Notes: generated by a model from the letters alone, not told the origin. DNA of 64,000 nucleotides from Thermoproteota archaeon (GCA_027492035.1 JAOZFT010000004.1:320001-384000), one strand, 5' to 3'; counted from the stretch's first letter, positions 10,463-20,210 are shown. Translations and numbers: made by a program.

Positions 10463-11629
10463 ATGAACAGGGAAAACTTTACCGTTTGGTTTGATGTGGT
10501 GAATGCCCCTCATGCTTTACTTTTCTACCCCTTAATAAAGCTATTTTCTGAAACAGGGTTTAAAGTGCTTGTTACTACCAGGGAATATGGTTACTTAACG
10601 GGTTTACTTGATAACCTCGGTTTAGAGTATCACGTATTCTCCTGTCATGGTGGAAAGCAAAGGGGAAGGAAACTAGTTTTAAGTATGGAAAGAACGAGGG
10701 CATTGGGGAACTTCATAAAGAGTTACATGAGGGAAAGCGGTGAAATAAAGGTTTTGGTTTCAAAATCTTCACCGGAAGCAGTAGTCGCCGCTTCTGTTTT
10801 TAAAACCCCAATTGTGACAGCTTACGAGAACGAACATAACAGATACCAGTGTAAATTAACTTTCCCCCTTTCCAACTGTTTAGTTATTCCCTCCGTATTT
10901 CCTGTTGAAAAACTAATGGAGTTCGGGGCTGACGGCTACCAGGAAATCCATAAATTCTATGGAACATTTGAAGTTTCCCATGTGAAGTATTTCACTCCCT
11001 CTACTGAAGTTTTGCAGAGACTTAATCTTTCAGGGAAAGAAAAAATCGTGGTTGTGAGACCTGAACCGTACCAAAGCTCTTACTTCTCCATCGAAAAGAG
11101 GCCTCTCCTCGTTCCTCTTCTGAAAAAAATCCTTCCGATCCTGAAGGAATATGAAGCGGAGGTTTTTGTGTTTCCAAGGTCTCCCTCACAAGCTAAGCAA
11201 GTTAAAAACCTTTTTAAGGAAAGCGTTAAAGTGTTGAACAAACCTGTTGATTCATTAAGCTTAATGAATTATTCCAGTTTATTCTTGGGTGGAGGGGGAA
11301 CGATGACTCGTGAAGCTGCCTTATTAGGGGTCCCCACTCTCTCCTTTTACCCAGGCCCTCTCTTATCTGTGGACAAGTTGTTAATCAATGAAAAATTGGT
11401 ATTTCATTCAACTGAACCGAAGCAAATAATTTCCTTTACAAGAAGAGCTTTAGATGAAGGGAAGAAACGTAAACCTAACTTAGCTAAATTCACGGATCCT
11501 CTACAAATAATTAAAGATAAAATTTTGCAATATCTTTCACTTGGAGGAATTGAAGTAATGTTTGAAAAGAATTTACCTTCGTTTCCTTTTCTTCTCAAAA
11601 AACCTCTTCGTAACGTAATACCAAGTTGA
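10463..11629 (+). CDS. DUF354 family GT-B fold protein
   Basis: VWFDVVNAPH, VTTREY, VVVRPEP, GGGGTMTREAALLGVPT. Confidence 0.85.
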   Translation: MNRENFTVWFDVVNAPHALLFYPLIKLFSETGFKVLVTTREYGYLTGLLDNLGLEYHVFSCHGGKQRGRKLVLSMERTRALGNFIKSYMRESGEIKVLVSKSSPEAVVAASVFKTPIVTAYENEHNRYQCKLTFPLSNCLVIPSVFPVEKLMEFGADGYQEIHKFYGTFEVSHVKYFTPSTEVLQRLNLSGKEKIVVVRPEPYQSSYFSIEKRPLLVPLLKKILPILKEYEAEVFVFPRSPSQAKQVKNLFKESVKVLNKPVDSLSLMNYSSLFLGGGGTMTREAALLGVPTLSFYPGPLLSVDKLLINEKLVFHSTEPKQIISFTRRALDEGKKRKPNLAKFTDPLQIIKDKILQYLSLGGIEVMFEKNLPSFPFLLKKPLRNVIPS

Positions 11630-11812
11630 AAGCCAAAGAACAAACACTCCTCCCGCCATTAAAAGTTTAATTAAGCTATAAATTAAGAGAGGAAAGTAAC
11701 CCTTTGCATTACTCCCTAAGGGCACAATATACATATAAAGGAAGTAAACTCCCAAAAGCAAACTCAACCACACATACAACACAATAAAGAAAAGACTTAC
11801 CCAAGCCTTCAA
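11573..11812 (-). CDS. Small two-TM membrane protein
   Basis: Two hydrophobic helices, basic tail, directly downstream of GT4 gene. Confidence 0.65.
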   Translation of the reverse strand: MKAWVSLFFIVLYVWLSLLLGVYFLYMYIVPLGSNAKGYFPLLIYSLIKLLMAGGVFVLWLSTWYYVTKRFFEKKRKRR

Positions 11813-11826
11813 TTGTTTTCCCCTTT

Positions 11827-12810
11827 TTAAAGAAAAATAGATAGTACCCCTAAAGCAGAAGAGAACAAAATCAAGGAATCAATTCTTTTCACAATTTGTG
11901 GTTCAAATAAGGGAGTGTCGCTCACCACCAAACTAACAAGAGTCATAGGTATATCCCTATCTTTTGAAACAGAAATTTTGCCTTCATTAGTTAGAAAAGT
12001 AGGCCTTCTAACCTTGCTTTTCTCTTTAAAGCCTGAACTGCTTATTATATAGAAACCGTTCATTATAAAGGGAATGAATGCTATTAAGAACTGGAACTCA
12101 ACTTTATTTATTACGGCTAAACCGGTTAAGATTGCCCCTGTGGCCAATGAACCGGTGTCTCCGCCAAAAATCTTCGACGGAAACCAGTTGTACCTTAGGT
12201 ACACCAATAAAGCCACAATAATTGGTAGAAACAACAAAGAATCTGCAACCCCTCCCAAAATGAGTTTGGAAACCATTAAAGAAAAAAGGATTATTAGCGA
12301 GGCAGATGGCATTAAACCGTTTAAAACATCTAACTGATTAACGGCGTTTGCACCTACACTAAAAATTGGGAGAAGCAGTAGGGGGTAAACAATAAACAGT
12401 CGTGTGTAGCCAATAAAAGGTAATCTTACTCGAGGAACAAAAACAGGTGAGAAAAGTAAGGGTAAGGCGCATAATGTCGCAAGTAAAGGCTTCTCTCTTC
12501 CCCCTAAAACCGATAAATCATCTATTAAACCTATTACTGCAGCAGTGATCGCTACAGCTATTAACGTAAAAGATTTAGGTATTTCCGAAGGGTAAATGGC
12601 GCAAAGGAAAATTAAACCCAGGATGTAACTAATGATAAGTGGAACCCCCCCTACTTCAGCTACCTCAGGCTTACCTGTTTTATGCACATCTAAACCTACG
12701 ATTTTCCTTCTTTTAACTCTTTCAATATACCTTTGAAACAGTTTGTTAGAGAGAAAGAACTGTAAAATTAAGAGAAAACAGAAAAATAAAACATGTAGAA
12801 TTTCCAGCAT
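11827..12810 (-). CDS. MraY/GPT(AglH)-family phospho-sugar transferase, paralogue 1
   Basis: DVHK, GLIDD, NAVNQLDVLNGL, PSKIFGGDTGS; multi-TM. Confidence 0.88.
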   Translation of the reverse strand: MLEILHVLFFCFLLILQFFLSNKLFQRYIERVKRRKIVGLDVHKTGKPEVAEVGGVPLIISYILGLIFLCAIYPSEIPKSFTLIAVAITAAVIGLIDDLSVLGGREKPLLATLCALPLLFSPVFVPRVRLPFIGYTRLFIVYPLLLLPIFSVGANAVNQLDVLNGLMPSASLIILFSLMVSKLILGGVADSLLFLPIIVALLVYLRYNWFPSKIFGGDTGSLATGAILTGLAVINKVEFQFLIAFIPFIMNGFYIISSSGFKEKSKVRRPTFLTNEGKISVSKDRDIPMTLVSLVVSDTPLFEPQIVKRIDSLILFSSALGVLSIFL

Positions 12811-12966
12811 AAAAAGGAACCCCCACCATCTTCCTTTTTTAAAAAGCGATTAATCTTTAAAAATTTTAAAAACTTTGTATTCAAAGGAATCCCTTGCTGA
12901 AATTTTTCAGCTTCTTTGGTTCCTAAATAATTTAAATAAAGGTTTGAAAAGGAACAGCTGACACTT

Positions 12967-13974
12967 ATGTCTCTACTGAATTTGGTTTTGATTCCTGAAG
13001 AAGTCTTCTATGTTTTAATAAATGTCCTCCTTTTCCTTTGTTCCTTCATTGCCTCCTTTCTTTTATCTATTTATTTGTCACGGAAGATTAAGAAATTCGG
13101 CTTTTTAAAACCGGATCTACATAAAAAAGGAAAACCTTTGATTCCTACTTTAGGCGGCCTTTCCCCTCTCCTATCTTTCCTCTTAACAAGTATTCTTTAC
13201 ATTAATTTATTCAAGTTAAAGCCTTCTAAACTTATTGCTGCAGTGTTTCCTGCATTTTTTGGTTTAACAGGTCTCTATGACGACTTCACCTCACTGAACA
13301 AATACGAAAAAGTATTGCTTGGTTTTTTAGCCACTGCAATCTTGTTGACGTTTCAGATACTCAGAAACTCTAAAGTTCCTTTACAGAGCCTTATTCTCCC
13401 TTTCATTTTCACTTGTTTAAGCGGCAGCTTCATAGTCAATGCAACTAACACCTTAGCCGGTTTTAACGGTTTAGAAGCAGGTTTATCGCTGATAGTTTCC
13501 TTGTATCTACTCCTCCTTTCTCTCATGAACAACAAACCAATTTTTTTGGTAGTTATTTTCATGGGGTGTTTACTAGGTTTCTTTCTCCTTAACTTTTACC
13601 CAGCTAAAATTTTTCCCGGAAACGTAGGCACCTTCTTTTTCGGGGGCTTCATTGTAACCTATGCAGTAACCACTAACGAAGTAATTTACGTTTTACCTTT
13701 GTTTATCCCTCATTTAATGGATTTCTTCCTGAAACTAAAAGTTAAACTTGAAAGCAAAACAGGGTCTCCTGCAAAAATAAGTGAGAAAGGGAAGCTGCAG
13801 CCTCCAAGTTACCCTTCCTTACTAGGCTTCCTTATTTCTAAAACGCAACCCACTGAAAAGGAACTTGTGGCTTTCACCCTTTTCCTGGAAGCATTGATTG
13901 CTTCTGCGTTGTTACTAATTTTTAAAACAGTGCCTTTACCTTCCTTCCTGCAGCTTCTTTTCTTATCCCCTTAG
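12967..13974 (+). CDS. MraY/GPT(AglH)-family phospho-sugar transferase, paralogue 2
   Basis: DLHK, GLYDD, NATNTLAGFNGLEAG, YPAKIFPGNVGT; multi-TM. Confidence 0.88.
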   Translation: MSLLNLVLIPEEVFYVLINVLLFLCSFIASFLLSIYLSRKIKKFGFLKPDLHKKGKPLIPTLGGLSPLLSFLLTSILYINLFKLKPSKLIAAVFPAFFGLTGLYDDFTSLNKYEKVLLGFLATAILLTFQILRNSKVPLQSLILPFIFTCLSGSFIVNATNTLAGFNGLEAGLSLIVSLYLLLLSLMNNKPIFLVVIFMGCLLGFFLLNFYPAKIFPGNVGTFFFGGFIVTYAVTTNEVIYVLPLFIPHLMDFFLKLKVKLESKTGSPAKISEKGKLQPPSYPSLLGFLISKTQPTEKELVAFTLFLEALIASALLLIFKTVPLPSFLQLLFLSP

Positions 13975-14078
13975 AACGGTAACTATTTAAGAAAAGAGAA
14001 ACCTTTAAAAACCATTGACGAAACTTAATATCCTAACCTTTAAGACTTAAAAATGTGTTTTGTTATCTTTTCCTGTAT

Positions 14079-14211
14079 GCCGGGGTGGCTCAGGCGGTTA
14101 GTTTTTAAAAGAAACTAAAGCGCCAGACTCATAAACCTAGACGGAAAAAGTCGAGACATCTGGAGGTCGCGGGTTCGAACGGTCAGCTGCCTGAAAAACC
14201 CGCCCCCGGCA
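14079..14211 (+). tRNA. tRNA-Met(CAT), elongator type, introns at 22/23 (14102-14118), 37/38 (14134-14157), 59/60 (14180-14197)
   Basis: Removing three BHB-bounded inserts gives a standard cloverleaf with GCCGGGG acceptor. Confidence 0.92.
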
Positions 14212-14292
14212 CTTTTACTTCTTTACTTTCTGTTCGTTCCTTTTCTTTAAGCCTAAGCCTTAGCTTTTATCATAGGTTTTGGGAAGTTAATA

Positions 14293-14390
14293 AGCCCTGG
14301 GAGGGATTCGAACCCTCGGCCTGCTGCTTTCTAGTTCGTTACGAGGATCGGCTTCTTGAATCAGCCGCTCTACCGCTAAGCTACCAGGGC
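14293..14390 (-). tRNA. tRNA-Thr(CGT), introns at 30/31 (14347-14361) and 37/38 (14329-14339)
   Basis: Mature arm GCTGC CT CGT AA GCAGC; BHB CGGC-TGA-TTC..GAA-GCCG-ATC. Confidence 0.9.
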
Positions 14391-14391
14391 T

Positions 14392-14595
14392 TTATTTCCA
14401 AATTTTTTCGTTAAAAAGTTTTAATAAATCCTTTTCATCCTGTTTCTCAATGAATAAAAGAATTTTTCTTTTTTCCTTTTCAAAACTAACTTTTGGAGGA
14501 ATAGGGTTTATTGTCTCACTTTTACACTCTTTACATTCCTTTTCCTCTAAATAATACCTCCCACATCTTGGGCATTTTGTTAAAAAATTACGCAC
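14392..14595 (-). CDS. nop10: H/ACA RNP protein Nop10
   Basis: KCPRCGRYYL...CKEC...PIPPKVS, conserved position after aIF2-alpha. Confidence 0.85.
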   Translation of the reverse strand: MRNFLTKCPRCGRYYLEEKECKECKSETINPIPPKVSFEKEKRKILLFIEKQDEKDLLKLFNEKIWK

Positions 14596-15397
14596 CCTTC
14601 CTAGCCTCCTTCCTTTCTAAAACTTTAATTATCAACTTATTCTCTTTGCCGTATTTAATAATTGAATTTATAATTTTCTTCATTCTTTCTTCAGCTTTCT
14701 TGAAATCGCTTGTTGTTACAGAAATTCTGTACCTAGGTGACCCCACGTTAGTTATCTCTATCTTAGCTTCATCCACTGAATTCTCCTCTTTTGCAGCAAT
14801 TAACGTTTGTTTAATCCTTTCAACCCCATTCGGAGCTATACTAACAAGTTCAACGTAATTTGTTAGGTTAACCACGGGAGACTCAATATTTGCTTCAGCA
14901 ACCCGAATCAATTCTTCCTTTAAGTCTCTCTCCAGCTTCATTTTATCTAAGAAACTAGTTCCTTCAAAAACTATGTTTTCAAAACCTGCTAAAACGTCTC
15001 CGAATTCTCTTTCAAATGGGTTTCCAATTTTCCTATAAACCTCTTCCAAGGATTTGTTTGTTTTCCTAGCTACTAATTGAAGGAGATACTTCCCCTTCCT
15101 CCTTCTTTTCCATTCTTGCAGGGTTTTTTTTGTTTCTTCTTCTCTAACAGCTTTTAATGAGAGATCAATTAACCCTTTACTTGGATTTACTCTAATTACT
15201 CTTGCTACAACCCTCTGTTTCTCTTTTATAAAATGTTTTATGTCTTTGACCCATACACTTGAAACTTCGGTCCTAGGTATGAAGCCCTCCTTCTCATACT
15301 CTGAAATATCTATGTAGGCACCGTATTCATCGATTTTTTTTATTTCCCCAACAACCAGTTCTCCTCTTCTAGGGTACATTTTACTTTTGTCCAACAT
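14588..15397 (-). CDS. eif2a: Translation initiation factor aIF2 alpha
   Basis: S1 domain YPRRGELVVG...KGLIDLSLK; GSPRYRI. Confidence 0.95.
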   Translation of the reverse strand: MLDKSKMYPRRGELVVGEIKKIDEYGAYIDISEYEKEGFIPRTEVSSVWVKDIKHFIKEKQRVVARVIRVNPSKGLIDLSLKAVREEETKKTLQEWKRRRKGKYLLQLVARKTNKSLEEVYRKIGNPFEREFGDVLAGFENIVFEGTSFLDKMKLERDLKEELIRVAEANIESPVVNLTNYVELVSIAPNGVERIKQTLIAAKEENSVDEAKIEITNVGSPRYRISVTTSDFKKAEERMKKIINSIIKYGKENKLIIKVLERKEARKGA

Positions 15398-15413
15398 GAA
15401 TTTTCTCCTTTTT

Positions 15414-15602
15414 TCACCCCATCACTTGAAGGACTCTTCCATAAATTTTAGCTTTACCTCCTCCTGGCTTCACTAATAAAGTGTTACAGATTCTACACTC
15501 CACTTTCATTTTTGAGTGATTGTAAACTATTTGTTCAGCGCCGCATTTTGGACATTTTACAAGTAAAAATTTACTTCTGGGCTTAAGTATGATTTCCTTC
15601 AT
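15414..15602 (-). CDS. rps27e: Ribosomal protein S27e
   Basis: PRSKFLLVKCPKCGAEQIVY...PGGGKAKI. Confidence 0.95.
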   Translation of the reverse strand: MKEIILKPRSKFLLVKCPKCGAEQIVYNHSKMKVECRICNTLLVKPGGGKAKIYGRVLQVMG

Positions 15603-15874
15603 TTCTCCACCTCTATCTTTTTCAGCCTAACCCCTTTCCTAACCATCGTGTATCCACAATCTTTACATGTTAACATTAACACTTGTTTCTTTGTGGTTTT
15701 TACAGTTCTTTGTTTTCCTCTAGGGCTTCCACCATATCCTTTTAATAGTTTTTCGTGTTGTCTCTGTCCCCAAGATAATGCTCTACTTTTCCCCTTCTTA
15801 TAGATCTTTATAGTGTGTTCTGTATGTGTTTTACATTTAGGGCAATAAACACGTAGAGTTTTAGGCACCTTCAT
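15599..15874 (-). CDS. rpl44e: Ribosomal protein L44e
   Basis: MKVPKT..YCPKCKTHTEH, GYGG, KTTKK. Confidence 0.96.
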   Translation of the reverse strand: MKVPKTLRVYCPKCKTHTEHTIKIYKKGKSRALSWGQRQHEKLLKGYGGSPRGKQRTVKTTKKQVLMLTCKDCGYTMVRKGVRLKKIEVEK

Positions 15875-15887
15875 TTCTCTATCCCCT

Positions 15888-16394
15888 TTAAATGTTTACT
15901 ATTTCAGCTTTTCTTTTGGAAACTAAAGGTTTTATGTTTCCGTATTTTGTGTAAACTAAATCTCCCCCTTTAAACGGACCATAAATTTTTAAATCTACAG
16001 GACCTATAAAGGAAGCAGTTTCTTCAAGTATTTTCACGGTAACTTTATCTTCTCCTTTAAATTTTTCTTTTTCTATCCTTCCTTTGAAAATTCTTTCTTC
16101 AATACTTTGCAAAATTTCTTTCTCTTCCTTAACTAAAGAACTCCATTCCTCATTTAACCCCTTTTTAAGTCTTGTGATAAGTAAAGCCAGAACTAAATCA
16201 TGACATATTCCTTTTATTTCTTCAAACATTTTTTTTTCCAGTACCTCTTCAGTTTTCTCAATTTCTTCATTCAACTTCTTAATTTTATTCCTTACTAATT
16301 CATAAAATTCTTCTTTTAAGGGTTGTAAATCAACGCTACTTAACTCTTTTTTCAGCTGTTCATAAATTTCCTCTAAACTAATTTCTTGGCTCAC
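15888..16394 (-). CDS. GINS subunit (Gins15/51 type)
   Basis: Helical A domain, then FIGPVDLKIYGPFKGGDLV B domain; conserved position after priS. Confidence 0.85.
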   Translation of the reverse strand: MSQEISLEEIYEQLKKELSSVDLQPLKEEFYELVRNKIKKLNEEIEKTEEVLEKKMFEEIKGICHDLVLALLITRLKKGLNEEWSSLVKEEKEILQSIEERIFKGRIEKEKFKGEDKVTVKILEETASFIGPVDLKIYGPFKGGDLVYTKYGNIKPLVSKRKAEIVNI

Positions 16395-17613
16395 TAAGCT
16401 TAGCCTCCCCTTTCAAAATAAACAACACAGCTGTTGAAAGAGGAACCTCTACTTCTTCAAACTTGTAAGGGCCTATTTTTTCCCCTTTCAAATCAATTTC
16501 AGGTATAATTCCAGTTTTAATTTTTACTGATTCATCTGTTTCCAGAACCGCTTCTTTCAGGGGGTTAAACATGTCTAGATCCTCAATTTGGACAGTTTTT
16601 ACTTGGAAACCTGTCTTTCCATGTAAAGTGTTGGGTATTCTTATCAGTTTTTTCAAGTCAAGTGCCACTGTTTCGTCTATGCTGCATCTGTTTTTCCTTA
16701 ACAAGCTTTCCACTATCTTCCCTATTTCTTTCTTGGTTAATTTAAATGATTCATTTGACCAGATGGCAGGTTTCTCTTGCAAATTGTTTTTAATCAGTGA
16801 CGATTTTTCCCTCATTTCCTCAATTTTCCTCTTACTTATTTCCAATTCAGTTAATTTTTCTTTCCTTGAAAGTAGTTCGGAGTAACTTCTTGCTATAATC
16901 CCTTTCCAGCCTGGGTCAAACACGCCGGGTCCATATACTACCTCTCCTCTCTTTCTAAACCATAAATCATATTTCCAACCTACCCCTTTCAAGTAATCAA
17001 GTATTTCTCTTCTTTCTTTCTGCTTAAGTTTGTAGAAGCTTTTCTTCTTCAAATGAATGTGGTATCCTCTCTGACCTGAAAAATTAACCAGTAAATCCTT
17101 TTCATTTAAGCCAAAATCTTCCATTAAGAAATTAAATAACACTTTCTCAGCTTCTTTCTTTGCTTCCCTTAAGTTTTTTGTGTTGGGCCAAAAAACAAGG
17201 GAAGTTGAATATGATCCGCAGGAGCTGCATTTCTCCTTTCTGCCGAATCCACTCTCTCCACATTTGTTGCATTTCCAGGTGAAAGAGAAGGCATCTTTAG
17301 GGATACTTAAATGGTCTGCATCAATGTCAAAGACTATCTCTGCACCAATCCACCCCTTTTTCTCCATTTCTCTTTCAGCTGGATTTTTAAAGAAAGCAGA
17401 AGAGTAATGTGAATTTATCGGTGTATTCCATTCAAGAAATTCAGTTAGTTCCTTCAAGGAATTAAAGGATATGTGCCTGTACATTCCCGGCTTTTGATAA
17501 AAAGTGAAACCGAACTCTCTCCTCTCAATTTCATCCGGATACTTTATTAATTTCTTATTCTTCTTGAAGTATTCATGAAAAAATTTCTTAATTAATTTTT
17601 TCTCTCCATTCAT
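16378..17613 (-). CDS. priS: DNA primase catalytic subunit with Zn-ribbon insert
   Basis: RREFGF, EIVFDIDADH, FSGQRGYHIH, IDETVALDLKKLIRIP. Confidence 0.95.
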   Translation of the reverse strand: MNGEKKLIKKFFHEYFKKNKKLIKYPDEIERREFGFTFYQKPGMYRHISFNSLKELTEFLEWNTPINSHYSSAFFKNPAEREMEKKGWIGAEIVFDIDADHLSIPKDAFSFTWKCNKCGESGFGRKEKCSSCGSYSTSLVFWPNTKNLREAKKEAEKVLFNFLMEDFGLNEKDLLVNFSGQRGYHIHLKKKSFYKLKQKERREILDYLKGVGWKYDLWFRKRGEVVYGPGVFDPGWKGIIARSYSELLSRKEKLTELEISKRKIEEMREKSSLIKNNLQEKPAIWSNESFKLTKKEIGKIVESLLRKNRCSIDETVALDLKKLIRIPNTLHGKTGFQVKTVQIEDLDMFNPLKEAVLETDESVKIKTGIIPEIDLKGEKIGPYKFEEVEVPLSTAVLFILKGEAKLSEPRN

Positions 17614-17688
17614 TCCTGTTCTTTTTCTCTTTTACTTTCCATTACCTTCCCATATCCCCGCATACCTACTTCTCTTTAGTTTGTAGTT

Positions 17689-18699
17689 TTACTTATACTG
17701 CAAAGGGTGTTTTACGTTCTTGCAGGATTCATCTTTTCTACAGATTCCGTAAGCCTTTAGTGTTTCACAGCTCGGAGGTGAATACTTCGTTTTTGACCCC
17801 TTTAATCCACTCAAATGTTCAACTTGGTACCTAGTTTTTTCTTCGCTGAAGTCTGGTAATTCAGAGAAAACTTTAACTGTTTCCTCTATGTCGTATCCTC
17901 TGTTCAAGAGGAAAGTAGCTATGACAAGCCTTTCTACATGGGACAGATCAAACCCTTTCTTTGCTTTTTCTAGCAACTCCTGTATACAAGGCGGTAGAGA
18001 CTTATCTCTCTTAATGAAATGCTTCGCTCCTTTCAAAAACTTTTCACGAGCGATTTTTTCTTTCAGTTCCGAGACCAGGGTTTCAAGTTCCTTTGGAACT
18101 TCAACGTTTCTCTCCCCTTCAATTATTTTAACTTTGTAGGCTTCACTTATCAACCTTATAAGCTCCCTTTTATTTAATTCAACAAACCCTTTCATTAAGT
18201 TCCTGTTAATAAGTTTCCAAGAGGTATCCCTGAATTTTTTGCTATATGCCAAATATTTTTCCATTGGCACATAATACTTCTTGGCAATGAATTTTTCTCC
18301 CCAATTTGTTTCTTGATCCCTTAAAACAGGTAAATTAAAAGTTTCGTTCGCCATTTTAAGAACTATTTCCTCTCTTTCATTCATCAATTTCAAAAAAAGC
18401 CTTTTCGATTCCGCCACAGCAAACTTTAGAAGGAGGTTTTCGTCATTAACTTTGTAAATCACAGCTAAAACTAAGGGATAACTCAAAAAATCAAGGTAAT
18501 TCTTTTCTTCTTCCCGGAAGTAAGCTCTTCCTCCATGAAGTACACTAAATATTTTCTCCCTTACCTTCCCAATTATTTCGGGGTAGTTAAGCAAAACTTC
18601 TTTTAAGGTTTTATTTTCATTTCTTAAAATTGCTTTTGCTTCTTTTGTGAAGGGATATTTCAACAAAAGCTCTGAAGTAACCTCCAATTTTGAAGTCAC
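17689..18699 (-). CDS. priL: DNA primase large subunit
   Basis: KYPFT, LPPCI, TRYQVEHL, YSPPSC, HPLQY. Confidence 0.95.
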   Translation of the reverse strand: MTSKLEVTSELLLKYPFTKEAKAILRNENKTLKEVLLNYPEIIGKVREKIFSVLHGGRAYFREEEKNYLDFLSYPLVLAVIYKVNDENLLLKFAVAESKRLFLKLMNEREEIVLKMANETFNLPVLRDQETNWGEKFIAKKYYVPMEKYLAYSKKFRDTSWKLINRNLMKGFVELNKRELIRLISEAYKVKIIEGERNVEVPKELETLVSELKEKIAREKFLKGAKHFIKRDKSLPPCIQELLEKAKKGFDLSHVERLVIATFLLNRGYDIEETVKVFSELPDFSEEKTRYQVEHLSGLKGSKTKYSPPSCETLKAYGICRKDESCKNVKHPLQYK

Positions 18700-18713
18700 T
18701 TTTCCTGTTTCCT

Positions 18714-19463
18714 TTACCCAATAAACGGGGCTAGATAGTATGTTAATTTTCCTCCTCCAGGGATTGTGAAATCAAGTTTTAAAGGCACATTGTTTCCAAG
18801 GTACATGTCTACAGTATCTGAAATTTTTGATGTTTTAGCTGCTATATCCTTCAATTTATCAAGTTTGTATTTAGAAGAAGCTTCGTTTTGGACATCAATA
18901 TCTAGCAGCCCCCCTTGTTCGCTATCAATTTTAGTTATTACTTCACCTGATTCACTTGCCCCCTTGGCTATAACCGTATTATCTTTTAAAGTAAAAATTA
19001 TCTCTGAAGAAACTATTTCTGCATCCAGAATCGTGTTGAGAAAAACTTTTGACAAAATTTTTGCTTTAGCTTCATATGGTGCAGTCGGGATTTTTTCAAA
19101 GTAGAATTCTTCCTCTAAAGGCCTAAACCTAAAAATTCTTTCTGAAACACCTTGGATAATAACTTCAACCATAGATAACTCTGTGTTATATCTGAGCGTT
19201 ACGGTATCGCTTGAACTTGTCCTTTTTAACCTTGTCCGTAACTCATTTAAATCTACTGTTACAAGGTACTCCTTTTCACATTCAAATTTAGCGAAGAAGT
19301 CTCTCGGAAGCATCAAATCAACAAGAGCAACTTTAGCTAAATCTACAGCTCTTGTTGAAATTCCTTCTTGGTTAACCTTCAGACTAACTTCTTCCACAAC
19401 AGCTTCTATACTTTCCAAAATACCTTTGAAAAGACCTATATCCTCTATCATAAAACTAAACAT
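18714..19463 (-). CDS. pcn: PCNA sliding clamp
   Basis: AVDLAKVALVDL, C-terminal GKLTYYLAP; 249 aa. Confidence 0.95.
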   Translation of the reverse strand: MFSFMIEDIGLFKGILESIEAVVEEVSLKVNQEGISTRAVDLAKVALVDLMLPRDFFAKFECEKEYLVTVDLNELRTRLKRTSSSDTVTLRYNTELSMVEVIIQGVSERIFRFRPLEEEFYFEKIPTAPYEAKAKILSKVFLNTILDAEIVSSEIIFTLKDNTVIAKGASESGEVITKIDSEQGGLLDIDVQNEASSKYKLDKLKDIAAKTSKISDTVDMYLGNNVPLKLDFTIPGGGKLTYYLAPFIG

Positions 19464-19815
19464 TTACTTCTCTCTCCATTCTTCTCCAAAAAGTTTTTTC
19501 ATACTTTAAAACAGTTTCATATATTTCTAACATGAAACCATTTAAATTTTTCACCAATTCAGCCTCTATTTCAAACTTTTCTTCCCCCACTTTTTTCAAA
19601 AACCCTATAACTAAAACCACTCTCCCCTCCCCTATTTCACCACCCTCTTTTCTTTCCCTCTCTTTACACTCAACTTTGACACAAGCTCCGTTGCTGTAAA
19701 CAAGTAAATAGCCATGTTCCACTTCCTTAATTCTCCCGATCAACAAAATCCTCTCCTTTTTCTTGACCTCTTCCCGGTTTAAAATAAACTCTGTTGCTCC
19801 TTTTGGAAAGCACAT
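19456..19815 (-). CDS. Single OB-fold protein, RPA14/RPA3-like
   Basis: RILLIGRI...GRVVLVIG...IEAELVKNL plus C-terminal helix. Confidence 0.65.
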   Translation of the reverse strand: MCFPKGATEFILNREEVKKKERILLIGRIKEVEHGYLLVYSNGACVKVECKERERKEGGEIGEGRVVLVIGFLKKVGEEKFEIEAELVKNLNGFMLEIYETVLKYEKTFWRRMEREVNV

Positions 19816-20036
19816 TTGCTAAACCCTTCAAACAAATTCTAAACTAAGGTATTTTTATTTCTATTTTTGAAAATCAGAGGTTTAACCTCCTGATTTTACA
19901 GAATGAAAAGTAAAGGAAAAATTCAAGGAGGTAATTGGAAAAGTAAATTTTTTAAATAAATATCTTCAAAGGTAAGAAGTAGAGTTAAAGGGAAATTAAA
20001 AAAATTCTGTGGAGAAACAGAAAAACGTTGTAAAAT

Positions 20037-20169
20037 GGTGGGGTTAACGGCCATAGAAGCTAAGGAAACACCTGATCCCATTCCGAACTCAGAAGTTAAG
20101 CTTAGCTTCGTTTACTTCGGTACTGCGCTCCGAGAGGGCGTGGGAAAAAGTAAAGCTGTTAACCCCACC
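20037..20169 (+). rRNA. rrf: 5S rRNA (not linked to 16S-23S)
   Basis: CGGCCATAG...ACACCTGATCCCATTCCGAACTCAGAAGTTAAGC; terminal stem GGTGGGGTTAAC/GTTAACCCCACC; ends approximate. Confidence 0.95.
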
Positions 20170-20210
20170 TTTTCCCCTCCTGCTTCCTTCCAAGAAAGGC
20201 TGGTGGCTCA

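Noticed and set aside
17610-17663. 17-aa mini-ORF between priL and priS
   Set aside because: Too short, no motif, not L41e-like
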